The notes: generated by a model from the letters alone, not told the origin. Counted from the stretch's first letter, positions 1-27,559 are shown. The stretch: 64,000 bases of DNA from Macrostomum lignano (GCA_002269645.1 NIVC01001657.1:1-64000); one strand, 5' to 3'. A program made the numbers and translations.

Positions 1-545
1 GCTGGAACACCCGATAATTAAACATTACTCTCTAGACAGGAGCTGGAACTTTAAACACCCGATAATTACACATTACTCTCTAGACAGGAGCTGGAACTTT
101 AAACACCCGATAATTAAACATTACTCTAGACAGGAGCTGGAACTTTAAACACCCGATAATTACACATTACTCTAGACAGGAGCTGGAACTTTAAACACCC
201 GATAATTAACATTACTCTCTAGACAGGAGCTGGAACTTTAAACACCCGATAATTAAACATTACTCTCTAGACAGGAGCTGGAACTTTAAACACCGATAAT
301 TAAACATTACATTACTCTCTAGACAGGAGCTGGAACTTTAAACACCCGATAATTAAACATTACATTACTCTCTAGACAGGAGCTGGAACTTTAAACACCC
401 GATAATTAAACACCCGATTACTCTCTAGACAGGAGCTGGAACTTTAAACACCCGATAATTAACATTACTCTCTAGACAGGAGCTGGAACTTTAAACACCC
501 GATAATTAAACATTACTCTCTAGACAGGAGCTGGAACTTTAAACA
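1..545. repeat. ~48-bp minisatellite, about 11 copies, truncated by the window start
   Basis: Unit GCTGGAACTTTAAACACCCGATAATTAAACATTACTCTCTAGACAGGA repeated with small indels. Confidence 0.95.
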
Positions 546-1424
546 GATAATTAAACGACAGATCGTAAAATGAATTTTTAATCAAATTAATACATGGAAA
601 TTACTACCTGCAATCTACAAGTACCTTTACGTACGAGTGTATGCTTAGTAGCTTCATAACATCGTTCGAACTTCGCGTCCACTTGTGGCGCACGGGGTAT
701 ATTTGCTACTCTATACTTCATACAATTTCTTTACGTGCTCAGTTTTGGACAATAAAACCAAAGCTTTACAACTTAATTTTGTTTTCTTTTTTTATTGGGC
801 GGAGCAGAACTTTATTATAGACTTCTTTTATATAATTCCATCATTACCTTACTTGGTCATTTCTTCCTTTCTGCCAATTTCACCTTTTTTTTTATATTGC
901 CCTCAATTTTTTTTCATTAACTTTATTCACTGTTTGTTATAGAAAGGTTTGCTTCTTCATTGGCAACAAATTCTGTTACGAGAATTGAGCACGTTTTGGC
1001 AATTCGTTGCATACTATTTAAATAACTATACGGGCTTGAACCAATTAAGCAAGTAGCCATTTGCATGTTTATATTGCAGAACTTTGCCGCTCTAGGACTG
1101 CCATTAGTCTTCTATTGGGCCAGGCTGTTCAGTTTATTTCTTGCGTGCCAAAGTGGATAAGTACTTTGGGTAGAATTATATAGAAGAGTTTGGCTGCTGG
1201 TTGGAGGAGGGCGCTTTGTGTGGCGAATTAATGCTATCAGATACTTTTAGATGCTTCTCGCACTTTTCTGCCTTCTTTCTCACTTGAGCTCTCCCTTGAA
1301 GTGTCGCTTGGCCTTCCATCATTTTATGATCTGCTATACCTTTTCAGATTCTTGGAATGCACTGTTATTCAGAGTGTTAAATTAAGCCCATTAGCCTAAC
1401 AAATCATGAGACTGAGCTCCTATC

Positions 1425-1745
1425 TTCTCAGATCCGCAGTTGTTGGGCCAACATCTCAATGATGATCCCCAGTTGCTGGGCCAGCCTTATTGATCCTCAG
1501 TTTTTGTGCCAACCTCCCAGATCCTCAGTTTGGGGGCCAGCCTCTGGGCCACGATTCTGGGCCACGATCTCCCAGATCCCCAGTTGCTGGGCCATCCTCC
1601 CAGAGTGTCAGTTGCTCGGCCAGCCTCCCAGATACTCAGTTTCTGGGCCAGCCTCTCAGATCCTCAGTTGCTGTTCCATACAGCCTCCTAGATCCTCAGT
1701 TTCTGAGGCAGATCCTCACACTGAGGCTGCCGCCTTCCCAGATTC
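1425..1745. repeat. Degenerate ~28-bp tandem repeat
   Basis: Recurring CCTCCCAGATCCTCAGTTGCTGGGCCAG-like units. Confidence 0.75.
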
Positions 1746-2108
1746 GCAGGATGAACCGACCTGAGTTACATGCATGTACTTGTAAATTTGGCCAAGCCAC
1801 GTAATCATTGGGTTAGGCGAATCTTGCCCAGTGTTGTTTAATGAATCTTGCGTAGGCATGCGTGTGTAGGCATACAATGTATACTATACATTGTATAGAG
1901 TGGGCCATTAGGTACGAATCTATTTGAGACCAGTGGAAATGAAGCCCCCTCTTTTAGAAGCCAATGGCAATAAAATAAGCAGGCTTATTGTTGTGCCCAA
2001 CCCCCGCTTGGCTATAAAAACCATTCTAGCCAGAAATATAAGCGATTATAAATTTCGGCTTGATTCGGCTTCGGTATGAGATTCTAAACAGCGCGACTGT
2101 TGCTTGAG

Positions 2109-5100
2109 ATGAGTTCGAAACCGTCAATTCCTAGAAGAGATTCGCACACTGCAACTACTACTGACCGCAGTAGAAATGGTAGCCAATCATCGCAAGCTGA
2201 TATGGCCGTTGATGATTCTTCTATGCTACCACCTGCAGTACAGCGTTTTCTAGGCAACTACCGACGCCGCCTATCAAATGTGGCCGTCGATCGTTTAGAA
2301 GCGTCGCCCGGCGTCGCTTTCGGTGGCAAACCGTGTCTCACCGATGCCTTCATTCCGCCGATGCTACAGCCATCGCCCCCGGCCAGGCTGACGCCTAGCA
2401 GGCCTTGCGTCATTCTTGGTCCGGCCGGCAGTGGCAAGTCGCACCTGGCTGCCCGACTGCTCTACTGGCACTCACAGTCCGGACCTGATAATGGACATCG
2501 GGATTTGCAAACGCTCGGCAAGCTGATTGAGGGTTTCAATCTTGTGCTACACTTTGACTGCGCCTCCGCCGTCAGAGTTAGTAGCCATTTGTTTAATGGC
2601 AACGACAACTGCTGCGAAGTTGAGCAGCTTCTACGACTATCTTTGAGGGGCCTGTCAACCGGCTATGGCGAGGAAGACGATCCCGAAGCACTCGACATTG
2701 CTGCCGCCGTCAGCTGGGCTCGCAACAATCCTGACCGAGTGCTGGCAATCGTCGATTGCGCTGACGCTGTCCAGCTCCCTGCAGCCAGGGTGAAGTCCTG
2801 CTTCAGTGCCACCTGGCGACCCGCTGTTTTAGCCTTCGCTAGACGCAATAGTCAGTTGCCGTCGTGTGTTTCGAATGCCGTCGCGTGCCACCTGCTGCTG
2901 TGGAATGACGCTCAGATGAGTCGCTACATCAGCATCGCAGCAAAGTCCGCCCTGCCCGACAGCGAAGCCGAGCTTCAAGGTCACTTCCTCTCTGCTGTTG
3001 ACGAGGTTGTGAAAAACTGCAACGGTGCTAACGGATTTCTCAACCGGCCGGGCAATCTAGCACTTCTCGTGACGCTGTACCATCTCGATCCGGCGCGATT
3101 CGTCTCTGGGCCGGCTCCGCGGTCGACGACTTGCCTTTACGACCGCCTGTTCCACTGCCTATTCGCTGAGGCGCCATCTGCTGCGGCGGCTGCAGCCGAG
3201 GCAGTCAATTGCGACGACGGGGACGACGTTGTAGTCGGAGCCGCGGAAGCTGCCGCAGACTTTGCCGACTTGAATCTCGTAGTCAGCGGCGCTCGTCTAG
3301 CTGCCTTTCTGACCGCCAAGCGGCTCTGCCTCCGCTGCCTAAAGGCCGCCTCAGAGGCTCAGCTTGGCAACGATGCGGCGAGCGTCGCCGTCATGGACAG
3401 CCTGACCGATGTGTGGCGTCGCGCGATCGGTGACGATTCCGAGAGCGATGTTGCGGCAACTGACGCGGTTGGACCCACAGGAACTGCGCGCACTGTCCTA
3501 ATAGACATTGCCGAGCTGTTGGGCTCCATGGCAGATGACTGGCTGCTTGAGTCGGCAAGTCGACTTAGTGAGATCGTCAGTAAAACGGAACGCGAACGAT
3601 GTCAGAGTTTGTGGCACATTTTGAGTGGTCAGCGACATTGTAGACTGCAGAAGCAGAGCAGGACTCACTGGCTCGCTGGCTGGACTGAGATTACTAATGT
3701 TGAACTGACGTCCTCAGTAGAGCATTCATCAAAGTCACTAACCGAGCAATCTATGGATGTCACTCCAAAAAGTCATCGACTGAGCACCATCTGTCTGGAC
3801 TTTGAAACTCTGCAGTGCCACATCGGGGTTGAAGAACTTCCTTCGACAGAAAACGGTCGATTGAGCATCGATAATGAAAGAAGTTCAGACGAAGACTACG
3901 CTAGGGAAGCCTGTAGGAATACCACGGTCAGCTCGTTTGACAATCTGGCAGCCGCTTTGGAGCCTTGGAAACGGCATGGCAACCTAGCACCACTGGACTG
4001 TTTAGCGGTTCGACTGGGCTCTGGCGAGATTTCAATTAACGGGACCGCTACCAGCGGTCTAGAGGTTCTGAATAAGATCGATAGATTAAGCGAGTTGCGA
4101 GTTCACTGTTCGACTAAGCTGGCGTCAAAGTCGGCGGTAGCAGCGGCAGTAGTGCGAGCGGCTGAGCGCAACGCCAATCAGCTTCGTCGACTTCGCCTCT
4201 CGGGTCGGTGGCTGCTGTTGTTCGGCTCGGACTGCTCAGCCAACGGCCTGGCCCGCGCGCTAGCTCGCCTGCCCAATGTCTGCTGCTTCGGCTTGGACGG
4301 AGACTCTAAGCAGCCGTTGATGCTAACGTCGGACAACTTGGCCAGCTTGATCAAATTTATCTCTAGCACTGCGTGGCATCAGCGACTTCTTCAGCTGGAC
4401 ATTCACTTAGATGGCTTTTCTTACCAAGCTGACGAGAATTATTGTGATTACGATGGGCGAGTGGTAAGTTTGGGTGACTTACCTGTCTTCTTATGCTGTA
4501 CCACCCAATGCCAACTTATATCAGCATTAAGATTTGCTTTTGCATAGCGCAAAATCGATAAAATCTGTCAATCGAGAATAGAACTTTGATTGATTTGGAT
4601 GTATTCTGTAGTATTTAATAAAAATGTGGCCTGATAAACTTTTGAGTGCATATCTCAGACAAAACTCAAACACTCAGCAACCTTGGGTGGGCTGCTGTCA
4701 AGAGTAGTGTCGATCGATGGTTTCGCCTCTTGGTTTTGGGTCATACACGAATGAGAAAGAAAAAGGGCAGGAAAGTACAGTCCGATATCTGGTGCCGCAG
4801 ATGTCACAGGAATCATGGATCAAGATTGAAACAAAAGCTAGACATGAAAAACCTCAAATCAAAAGCTTATCAATCTCCAACTAGGTCAAATAGGTCGACT
4901 AGTTTAAGTGAATACGAGCTAGCTCGTACTTGGTTTGAGTGAACTGTTTGCTAAATTTGACTAATGTGACAAAGATTCAAACATGCAACTACGAGTATTA
5001 ATAAGCGTAACATGGCTGTTCATATGAGTATGAAAACCAAACTGATTTATAGCGAAGCACGTTCGTTCAATACCGTCAGCACCGGTCAATCCATGAGCCG

Positions 5101-6615
5101 ACATCGTCCGTGGCTGCACGACTTTTGACCGCCCTGACTCCAACGTTGCCGGCGCTGTGTCGATTGCGCTTTCGTTGCTGCAGCCTGACCACTGAAGCGG
5201 TTGACGCCGAATTGTCTGCAGGCGTCATTTGCATTGCCGACCTCCTGGACTCCGGCTGCCTTGAGAGGTTGACCAGCTTTGGCATTATTGTGACCGGCGA
5301 GTCGCGTCAGGGTGATTGTCTTCAACAGGTAAAGTGAAATCAGTATATGTTATTAATAAGCAATTCCTGTATTAACCAACTTTAATAGTTCGTTGCTAAA
5401 TGTAATTAGAAACACAGGACCTCCACTTTTAAGAACTGGAAAAGCATGAAAGAAAGGCGGCTAAAAAAATCGAAAAACCTGATCTTTTCTCACCTTGTAC
5501 CTTCGTACACGACTTGAACTCATTAACAGATCTTGGTGGTTCTTTGTTTTTTCAACATCAAACAGATTTGAGAAACCTCTTAAAGAAGTCACTGCATCAA
5601 AAAGCAGTAAAACCAGTCGAAAACACTTCCTTTATTAAATTCATACCGACATGTATATCCTTAGACATTTTTCTGTGTTTTTAACTAAATCTATTAATTT
5701 AGTTGGCTCTGATGGATGCTAATCGCATGCCAATTTTCTTTTATGAAACCCAAACTAATGTTGGTTGCTTTCGGAAAAGAACCCGGATGCTTTGACGCAG
5801 CCTAGTGGTTAGAGTGGGATTGTACTCGTAGCCTTGGTGGTTAGAGCGTCGGACTCGTTACTTGAAGGTCGGGGGTTCGATTCTTGATCCACTCGAAACA
5901 ATTTTGTGTCCTGGAGAAAGACACTTAACTCTGCATTGCTTCAGTTCACCCAGCTGTAAAATGGGTGCCAGCATTAGCTGGGGTAATTGAGGGTGTGTGT
6001 GGCGACCCCCCAGTCCTTGGACTGAACAGCCGTACGCAGCCTTCAGATGTGCCGCGCAATAGCTGCAGCTGAGCTGTCGGTTGCATATCTGGCCCAATTG
6101 GGGCAGGTGTAAGCAATTATTATCCATCATTATTATTTGGTGCAAGAGTCGAACGAGTCAACCGCTGAGCTAAATCTGTCCCCACCGCCTCAACTATGCA
6201 GGCTTGCCTGCTGCTGCTCATCTGCGAACGCCTAACTAGCTTCGGTTTCGCCTGCGGAACTCTCGGGGCAGCCGCCGATGCGGATGCGGTGGCCGATGAT
6301 GCGTCACACGTCGCGTTGCTAATCCAGGCGGCCCTCTGCGCTCCTGACTGTCTGCAGCAAGTGCATCTGCAGCTTGGCGACGTGCCCGAAGGTCGAATAC
6401 GCTGGCTGGCTCGCTGGTTGTCCACCGCGACAATAACGCCGGCTATTTTTAGAAGCAGTGATCGGCGTCGAGGAATCCCATGTTCAAGAAAGCGACTTCG
6501 CATTGGCGGCCGAGTGACCGGCGTCGGGGCGATGAAGGCGGCTGAAGCCTTGAAGCAGCAGCTTCTTCGGCGCGGATTTTTAAGCAACGGCTGCGTTGAA
6601 TTGGACCTGCGTTGA
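2109..6615 (+). CDS. NACHT-type P-loop NTPase with a Leu-rich C-terminus (NLR-like); exons ~2109-4463, 5080-5328, 6202-6615
   Basis: Walker A VILGPAGSGKS, Walker B-like LAIVDCAD, GxP-like RPGNLALL, TxxLY; phase-0 GT-AG junctions (GTG|gtaagt, tcag|CAC, CAG|gtaaag, gcag|GCT) join three open frames; start codon uncertain. Confidence 0.7.
5797..6125 (+). mobile_element. tRNA-derived SINE with CORE-like central domain (intron 2 of the NACHT gene)
   Basis: A-box GTAGCCTTGGTGGTTAGAGCG, B-box GGTTCGATTC, CORE-like GTGTCCTGGAGAAAGACACTTAAC...CACCCAGCTGTAAAATGGG; 3' half nearly identical to the copy at 17495-17740. Confidence 0.85.
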
Positions 6616-6866
6616 GGAGAAGGCTGGTTGAATTGAGAGCCAATCTACGCACGTACTGTTACGCAAGAACTGCAAGTGTCATGGACAGCTAAAGTTGAAG
6701 GACGTTATCTGCATGCACTCGCTAATTGGTAAAATCTCGCTTTTCCTAGAAAGGCTTTTTGTTGTTTAGCATCATGTTAGATAAAATTGTCAAAAATTCG
6801 CTCACTTTTTAAAACGTCGAAGTGCCAATGCTGCAAAAATTGTCAAAAGAAATTTCGAAACCTCAC

Positions 6867-7244
6867 CTGGACTTTCGAAGCTAGCTATAGCAAAAATGTG
6901 CGTTGTCTCCAATTTAGGTTGATCTAAAAGTTACTTTCTGCAAAGAAAATTCCCACATTGTTGCAGACGTTGTTCCTAGGCCTTCAGTGCGTTTATTTTC
7001 GACTTTCTCCTAATTTTTAGAGTTGCGCGAAATAAATTATTCGCAGATGTTCTCCTTTTGAATAGCCTTTAAGGGGTTGTAACATGGAAGAAATTAGGGG
7101 AAAGTCGAAAATAACGCACCAAAGACCTAGGAACAACGTCTGCAATAATGGGGGAATGTTCTTTCGAGAGAAAATGTACTTTTGGATTAACCTTATTTGG
7201 AGATAACGCACATTTTTAATATACTCGTAGCTTCAAAAGTCCAG
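6867..7244. repeat. Foldback/MITE-like inverted repeat with ~150-bp arms and ~70-bp spacer
   Basis: 6867-7015 is the imperfect reverse complement of 7085-7244 (e.g. TTGCAGACGTTGTTCCTAGG / CCTAGGAACAACGTCTGCAA). Confidence 0.85.
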
Positions 7245-8851
7245 AAGCCCGGGGTCAAAAAATGGTCCGAATGACGTCCTGAAATGTACAAATGCGTACC
7301 ACTACTATACTACTGTTGTAAGTAGCAAAATTAGCTATAGAAATGAAGGGGTCATTTTTGGGAGTACATGTCAGTTTAAAACGGACTATCAAAGTGATTT
7401 CAATATGTGTATAATATTCAGAAATAAACCCTAAACAAAGCGAAATCTCGACATATTATCAGCATTATTGCAGCGATCAAAACTAATTTTAAAAAATTAG
7501 CTCGGATCTTAACAACGGACGATAGTAGACTGAAAACGGACCCACAAAAGTCCATCAGTAATAAACTTTCTAACCATTTGGTTTGACGTGAAAATTCGTG
7601 CTTTTTCTCCCAAATCTGACGCGACCCTTTGAGGACCTGTCATGGTCCGAAAGACGTCCCCTAGACTCAGCTTTTTGCACCAGAAGGTGAGATATTGCAC
7701 TAATTTAGTGTTTAGTGTTTAAAAAATTAAAAACGGAAAACTTCCTTTGTGGCTGATGAATTTTGCGACCTCATGGACACCACTATAGTAGCTAGCTAAT
7801 GTCTTACTTTTAATACAAATATGAATTTATAACGGACTTTAGCTACCATTAGGAAGTGATTTGCGCACATGAAAAATTTCCAATTTACTGTACAATTTAC
7901 AAGTACTTTCATCCTTGTACCATTTTCCGATTTTCCTGCCATTCTTCATCAAATCTAAATGCTCAAACTTTATCTTGCATATTAAAATTTACAAAGATAG
8001 CTTACTTAGTTTAGTAGCCATTAAAGTTATTTTTTTAATTCCATAAGTTTATTATAATAAACAATATCAATACACGAGCGTACTAATAAGTTTATGAAAC
8101 TAAGTAATTAAAACAAAAGCTATGTGTTTCTTAGAAATACAGTTCTTGTTGCGAGTGGGGACTTTTTTCGACACACTAAACTACGTACAATAGAGATGGC
8201 CTTTTGTTATTAGAAACAGATCGAAAGCTAATTTTAATATAACAGACCTGTTTGATCGATCCATTGATTTTTTGGAAAGTTTTTTTGTAAAAAGTAATTG
8301 AGATTATTTATTTACTTTTGTTATATTTCATTTATGCGATACTCGAATGTACACTATTTGTTAATTTATCATGTCTGTCCCTATGTCGAAAATGTTAAAA
8401 TGGCAGGGTGGCTCTCTATTTCGCTTTCATACAGCAGCTAGTTATTCTTGAATTTTTATAAATTGTTTTTCAACTTTACCAGAAGTCCATATTATTGTTG
8501 AACAAATGAGACTATTTCTATACTTTAAATCTTGAAGGTTATAATTAATTCACTATTCATTAAAATGAGAGGATTTGCATATAGTAAATATGATATCACT
8601 TCTAGTTCGTGTAACATCTCCAGTCGTGTAGTGTATAGTATATGTGTATACTGATGGATTACACATGAGCCATCTTAATTGGTTATGATTATTGCTTGTA
8701 AAAGTTTCAGCTGGCAATGATCCACTTCTGTTGAATAATTTGTTCAATTGATTAAAAAAAGACCTTAACGATCGCAGCACCCTTTACATGCATATGACTT
8801 TTTGATTTTATTCGATACATAATAAGTTTCAGAGTCTCATTGTGCATTTAT

Positions 8852-9904
8852 TCAAGGTGACGCGTCTTTCAGGTCATCGCCCCTGTCAACATTGAGTTTC
8901 ATGCTTTCGCTAATTCCCTGATCAGCAGTGACCTGACTGACTGAAGCTGCCATAGAAAATTGCCCGGCAAAATGCTGTTGCAGAACTGGCAGCGGAGGCA
9001 GGACACCCAGGCGAGAGCAGAGGGCCAGGTAACTGCTAATTGCTAACGTCTGCTGCATCAACAGCTCAGATGTTGATGAACAAGTCTGAGACGGCGGCGG
9101 TGGCAGCGGCGGCAGCGGTAGTGGAGGTGGCAGTTGCGGCGGTGGTGGCGGCGGTGGCGGCGGCGGCGGCTGTGTCGGTGCCAGTAGAGCAGCCGAAGGC
9201 GCCGAAGACGAGTCTTCTCGTCGTCTTTTGCTTCCAGCTCGGCGACCAACTCTGACTACTGTTTTGGCAAATTGAAATGGTGAGTAGTGTGATTAGTGTA
9301 TGAAACATTATTGTAAAACATTATAACTTCTCAGAATATAATGATATAATAGTAGGTAAATTCGATGGTCAGTGTCGATCATTATTGGTCACTTATGTTG
9401 TAACTCCATGTCTCTCGATGAAGCGCATTGGAACTTAAACCCGAGGCAGTGTCTGCCTACTATATATATTAACTAGGGTGTTCATTAGCAAAACAAATAC
9501 CTTCAGCAAAATCGTCTCCATTGGCCTGTGAGCTCCCGTTCTCTGAGCAGTTGGCCGACAATTCCTGATTTCGAATTCGTCGACTTTTAGCTCGTCGATT
9601 TTGAAACCAAACCTGAAAATTCACAATAGTCAAGCGAGTCGCGGTCTATAATCGAATCCTATAGACGCGCTTGATATCAACAGTACTCCAAATTTACCTG
9701 AACTCGCGACTCGGACAGGCCGAGCACCCGGGCCAGTTCCTCGCGATCCGCCGAGTCTGGATACCGGCTTCGCTTGAAGGCGGACTCCAGCTGGGTCAGC
9801 TGCCCGGCCGAGAAGTTCGTCCGGCTGCGTCGCTGCTCGACGGAGGCGTCGGACTTTGAGCATTGGACAACGGGGTGCTCGTCGGGCACTGGGAGCTGCT
9901 GCAT
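8852..9904 (-). CDS. Paired-class (Q50) homeodomain transcription factor; exons 9904-9698, 9612-9501, ~9259-8852
   Basis: Spliced homeodomain [46 protein letters not shown]|[12 protein letters not shown] with the PRD-class intron between codons 46 and 47 (9613-9697); Pro-rich C-terminus in frame; stop overlaps AATAAA. Confidence 0.9.
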
Positions 9905-10894
9905 CTTCCTGGTCTGTTGTTCAGCTTCTCTCCCGTCAGCTTCCCTGTCTAAGCTGAGCTGTAATTATTTCACTCACTTTTCTCCGCAGCCATCGCACGG
10001 TATTTTAGCCGCCCACAGCGGGGTTGGGGTGTCAGTTTTGTTCGGCGAGGAATTTCTTGCCGAACTCGACTAGGCACCTCTCGTCTCCTGTTTCCCTCTC
10101 TCTCTTTTTCTCTCGCCCTCCGCCTCTTGCCTCCTTGAGCTGAGGCTGCAGCTCTGCTCTAATTAATTGACTCCCCGCGTGCCCTCCTCCCGCTTCAGCA
10201 GAAAATTGTGAGCACAGTTATCCCCTTCCAACTCTTTTCCCTTCATACAGCTCTCAAATCCCTTCGGTTCCTTGAATCTCGAGGCCTTAACGTGCGCGCG
10301 AATCGGTGGGAAGAGAAAAGAGGGGGGCAGGGGATCTGGGAAGAAAGAGCAAAGAGCGGAGGCGAGGTGGTCGCTGTCTGGGCCGGACAAGTCATGCTCA
10401 GAGAGAGGCGGCCTGCCCGCTCACGGACTGCAACTCTAGGGAGTGGCCCCCTACGAGAGCGCATATATTCCTGTCGTTATCTCTGCTCCTCCCTTTCAAT
10501 CTCATCCCGAATCTGGCCGCGACTAGTGGGGTGTATTGATTTAGCTGAGTGCTCTCTGGCACAGCAGCAATGCAATTTCATGGCACACGAATTATAAGAG
10601 GCCACCTCCTCGCGCCGTCAATGTTTTAGGGTTAATTAATAAACGATTGGAAAAATGAATCAGTGAAACGCGATTGTCTGATGAGGAAGGATGTGATTTA
10701 ATCAAATGGGGACTATTATACTTAAAAGACTGTTTCATTAGATAAGAGCTGGAACAACAATCACCGTGGGATCGAGTTTAGACGTTCAGTTTTTCTAAGT
10801 AGAGTAAATATTGGTTTTCGTTGAGTTACTGTCAGTAATCAGTACGTTTCTTAAGGAATAGACTCAATTTTAAGTTGTTTTATTACGCTCGTAT

Positions 10895-24858
<13,964 letters not shown>

Positions 24859-25175
24859 CGCTCTTCACTTGCCAACAGTACTCGCTAGCTTTTAAAGAAG
24901 CCCAACTCAAACTTTTCTACAAGACTAGAGCTAATATCATTTATTTGAAAATTGTTTACGCCGTAAAATATGCGAAGTTTGCAAATGAATATGATTGCCA
25001 TAGACGCTAACGTATGGTCTACTCATGTTTAGTGCATTTAGATTATCGCAGAAGCATGTAATGCAATTAAATGTTTATTGCCTGCTCATGTGTCAATTTA
25101 TTTTAAAGCCACTTAACTAACCAAAATTTACTTCTGACTTGTTCTGATGGATGCTGACTGAGATATTTTTCCATC

Positions 25176-25415
25176 AGGTTGACTGCTTTCTGTTACTAGT
25201 GTTCCATCATGTTGACTGCTTTCTGTTACTAGTGTTCCATCATGTTGACTGCTTTCTGTTACTAGTGTTCCATCATGTTGACTGCTTTCTGTTACTAGTG
25301 TTCCATCATGTTGACTGCTTTCTGTTACTAGTGTTCCATCATGTTGACTGCTATCTGTTACTAGTGTTCCATCATGTTGACTGCTATCTGTTACTAGTGT
25401 TCCATCATGTTGACT
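25176..25415. repeat. 33-bp minisatellite, about 7 copies
   Basis: Unit GTTGACTGCTTTCTGTTACTAGTGTTCCATCAT. Confidence 0.95.
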
Positions 25416-25837
25416 GAGATCTAGTTATTCTAGTATCTTTGGCTAATTCTGTACATACACAAGCTTTCAAAAAAATTAGGGGCCACGGCAAGGGGCCCAG
25501 GGCCCCGCCTCAATCGCCAAAAAGATCGCAGCATTGAATAAAAGCCCAAAATTTGCCACCTTGGTCGTCGTCGCAACTCACGTAAAATAAAAGCAAGTAA
25601 AACAAAAATAAAATAAAAGTAAAACAAGTAAAATAGAGTAAAATGGAGTAAAATAAAAAGCAAAAAATTTTTGGTCTGCGGTCAATTTGGCACCTCTGAA
25701 TGCTTATAGACACCTTTTTGTTTATTTTTTTAAATTCAAAACTGTATCCTGAACTTGCCGTATCGACAGGCAGCTCTGTATACCTCTAAGTATTTTTTGA
25801 GGCGCGTGATTAGAGATCAACAGCAGTCTTGATCGCT

Positions 25838-26628
25838 TCAAACAAAGCTGTTCGCCACATCGGTGATAATTTTAATTAATTCATTGAATGCAGCAAGTTG
25901 CATGGCGTGGATCTCGTATTTATAGTAATCTCTGTTCTTTGGCACAAGCTCCGCTTTGATGTGGGCGTTCATAATTATAATGTCCACATTGTTGTTAAAG
26001 GTGTTGACTACTTTAAGCGACGTTTTCAGTTCCCCAGTCGAGGGAAAAGTCACGGTCCTGAAATTAAAGATTGGAGGAGTAACCAATATAACCACGATGA
26101 TTTCTTGGAAAAATGAGAAACACAAATCAAAATTTACATGTCCGTCCAAAATCCACCGGCCAATTGAATGATCTCAAGCGCTTCTCTCATATCCCAAGGA
26201 TAGTTATTAATGACTGAGGACAGCATGGAGATGGGGATATTCGCATGGTTGACTGCCCTGTCTCGCCTCAGCCAAGACTTGATGAGGCAGTTGTTGCAGA
26301 TAACACCGGGGGGCACTGTCACCTTGTTTGAGTTGACCAGGTCTAGCAGTAGGCTCCGAGTGCTCACTTCGCCCGATGCAACTGGTGGAGTACATGCAGA
26401 TACATATTACATGTACGCCAATCATCGTTAGAATGCGCATTCGAAATGTACGTTAGAATGTGCATTACAGCATTTTTGCTGAGGTTACATCATGTAGAGT
26501 TCTGATACGTTGATTCAAGACACAAGAACAGACTCACAATTCAGGACACTTTCTTCGAAGGAAACCACAGTACCGCTCACTCCAGCCAGGATGACCAAGA
26601 GTAGAGTGCTGTTGTATCCAAACGACAT
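25838..26628 (-). CDS. Unknown secreted protein, paralog 1 (~184 aa); exons 26628-26538, 26381-26138, 26057-25838
   Basis: Signal-peptide-like MSFGYNSTLLLVILAGVSGTVVS; GT-AG introns with phases 1 and 2; 555 nt in frame; paralog 2 has the same exon structure. Confidence 0.85.
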
Positions 26629-27559
26629 TGCTGCTTTAAAAATTATCGGAATAAAATTGTTAAAATATTTCAACTGTTTAAGAGCTGCATATAAATTTCA
26701 TTTAATTTTGCCTTGTCCAACACAGATTTATACTCGTAGTAGACAAAGTTCCCAGGAAAATTGTTAGGCCTGACAACAAAGGAGATGCGATATGAGAAAC
26801 GCACAGCTGGCATGAGCTGATACGAGTGATTAATAGGACCAAAATTCAAACAAATTTTATCGCTTGTAGACTGAAAATCGATCGAATGTTTGACAGCCGA
26901 TGACAAGCCGTTTGCAAATGAAACATTGCTGCACTATACACTCGAATATCAAGTGAAGAGTCAGTCACACATGTTGGCAGTAAATTTCTTGAAAATTTAC
27001 CAATTAGAAGCAACAAAATAGTGACAAAAATAAATCAACCGCTAGTGAGCATTCATGACTTGTACTTCTTGTTCTGCAGTTGCGTACATGCAGTAGTTAT
27101 GACACGTTTATGTTTAGTGAAGATAATTTGATTGTCTTTAACTTGGTAAATGCAAGAAATTTCCTGCGTGACAATGTAGAAATTTGCGGGCTCTATGTTA
27201 GGGATAGGCTGGGTGTTGGAGCTGAGCAGAATGTCTATGGTAGAAGTCTGTTTCTGATTCGTTGGTGGATCGGGAGTTTTTTTTCTCGTACCTTTATGTA
27301 CATAACACTGGCCTGTTCACACGCGCTCCTTCGAATAAACTTTTTCTTGACCACATCATGGAGCTGAGATCCGCAGCTTTCATTTGAATCAAGGTACAAT
27401 TGAAACGGACTGAAATTATGTCCACTAGAAGACATCGTAGCAAGGGTTCCGGAACTTTTGACGGACAGTATATATTTAGAGTTTCAAAACTGGTTTTTGT
27501 CGCCAGACTTGTGCCATAGACGATTGGTGATTTCGTCAACACGCACTTGTCATTGATGC

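Noticed and set aside
1-545. Regular repeat array resembling CRISPR
   Set aside because: Units are contiguous with no unique spacers, no cas genes are present, and the context is eukaryotic; the same applies to the arrays at 11165, 25176, 53655 and 57935
4700-4930. Possible extra NACHT exon or LINE fragment (VLGHTR..SQESWIKIETK)
   Set aside because: Flanking exons splice in frame without it; the resemblance to a LINE endonuclease-RT linker is too weak and frameshifted to call
5828-5895. Possible tRNA gene
   Set aside because: A and B boxes are present but there is no clean acceptor stem, and the sequence continues into a SINE body shared with 17495-17740
10150-10720. TAAT/TGATTTA motifs as autoregulatory homeodomain sites
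   Set aside because: Short motifs expected by chance; no P3 palindrome found and no conservation data available
27000-27545. Possible additional transposase remnant upstream of the Tc1 fragment
   Set aside because: No diagnostic motif could be recognised with confidence
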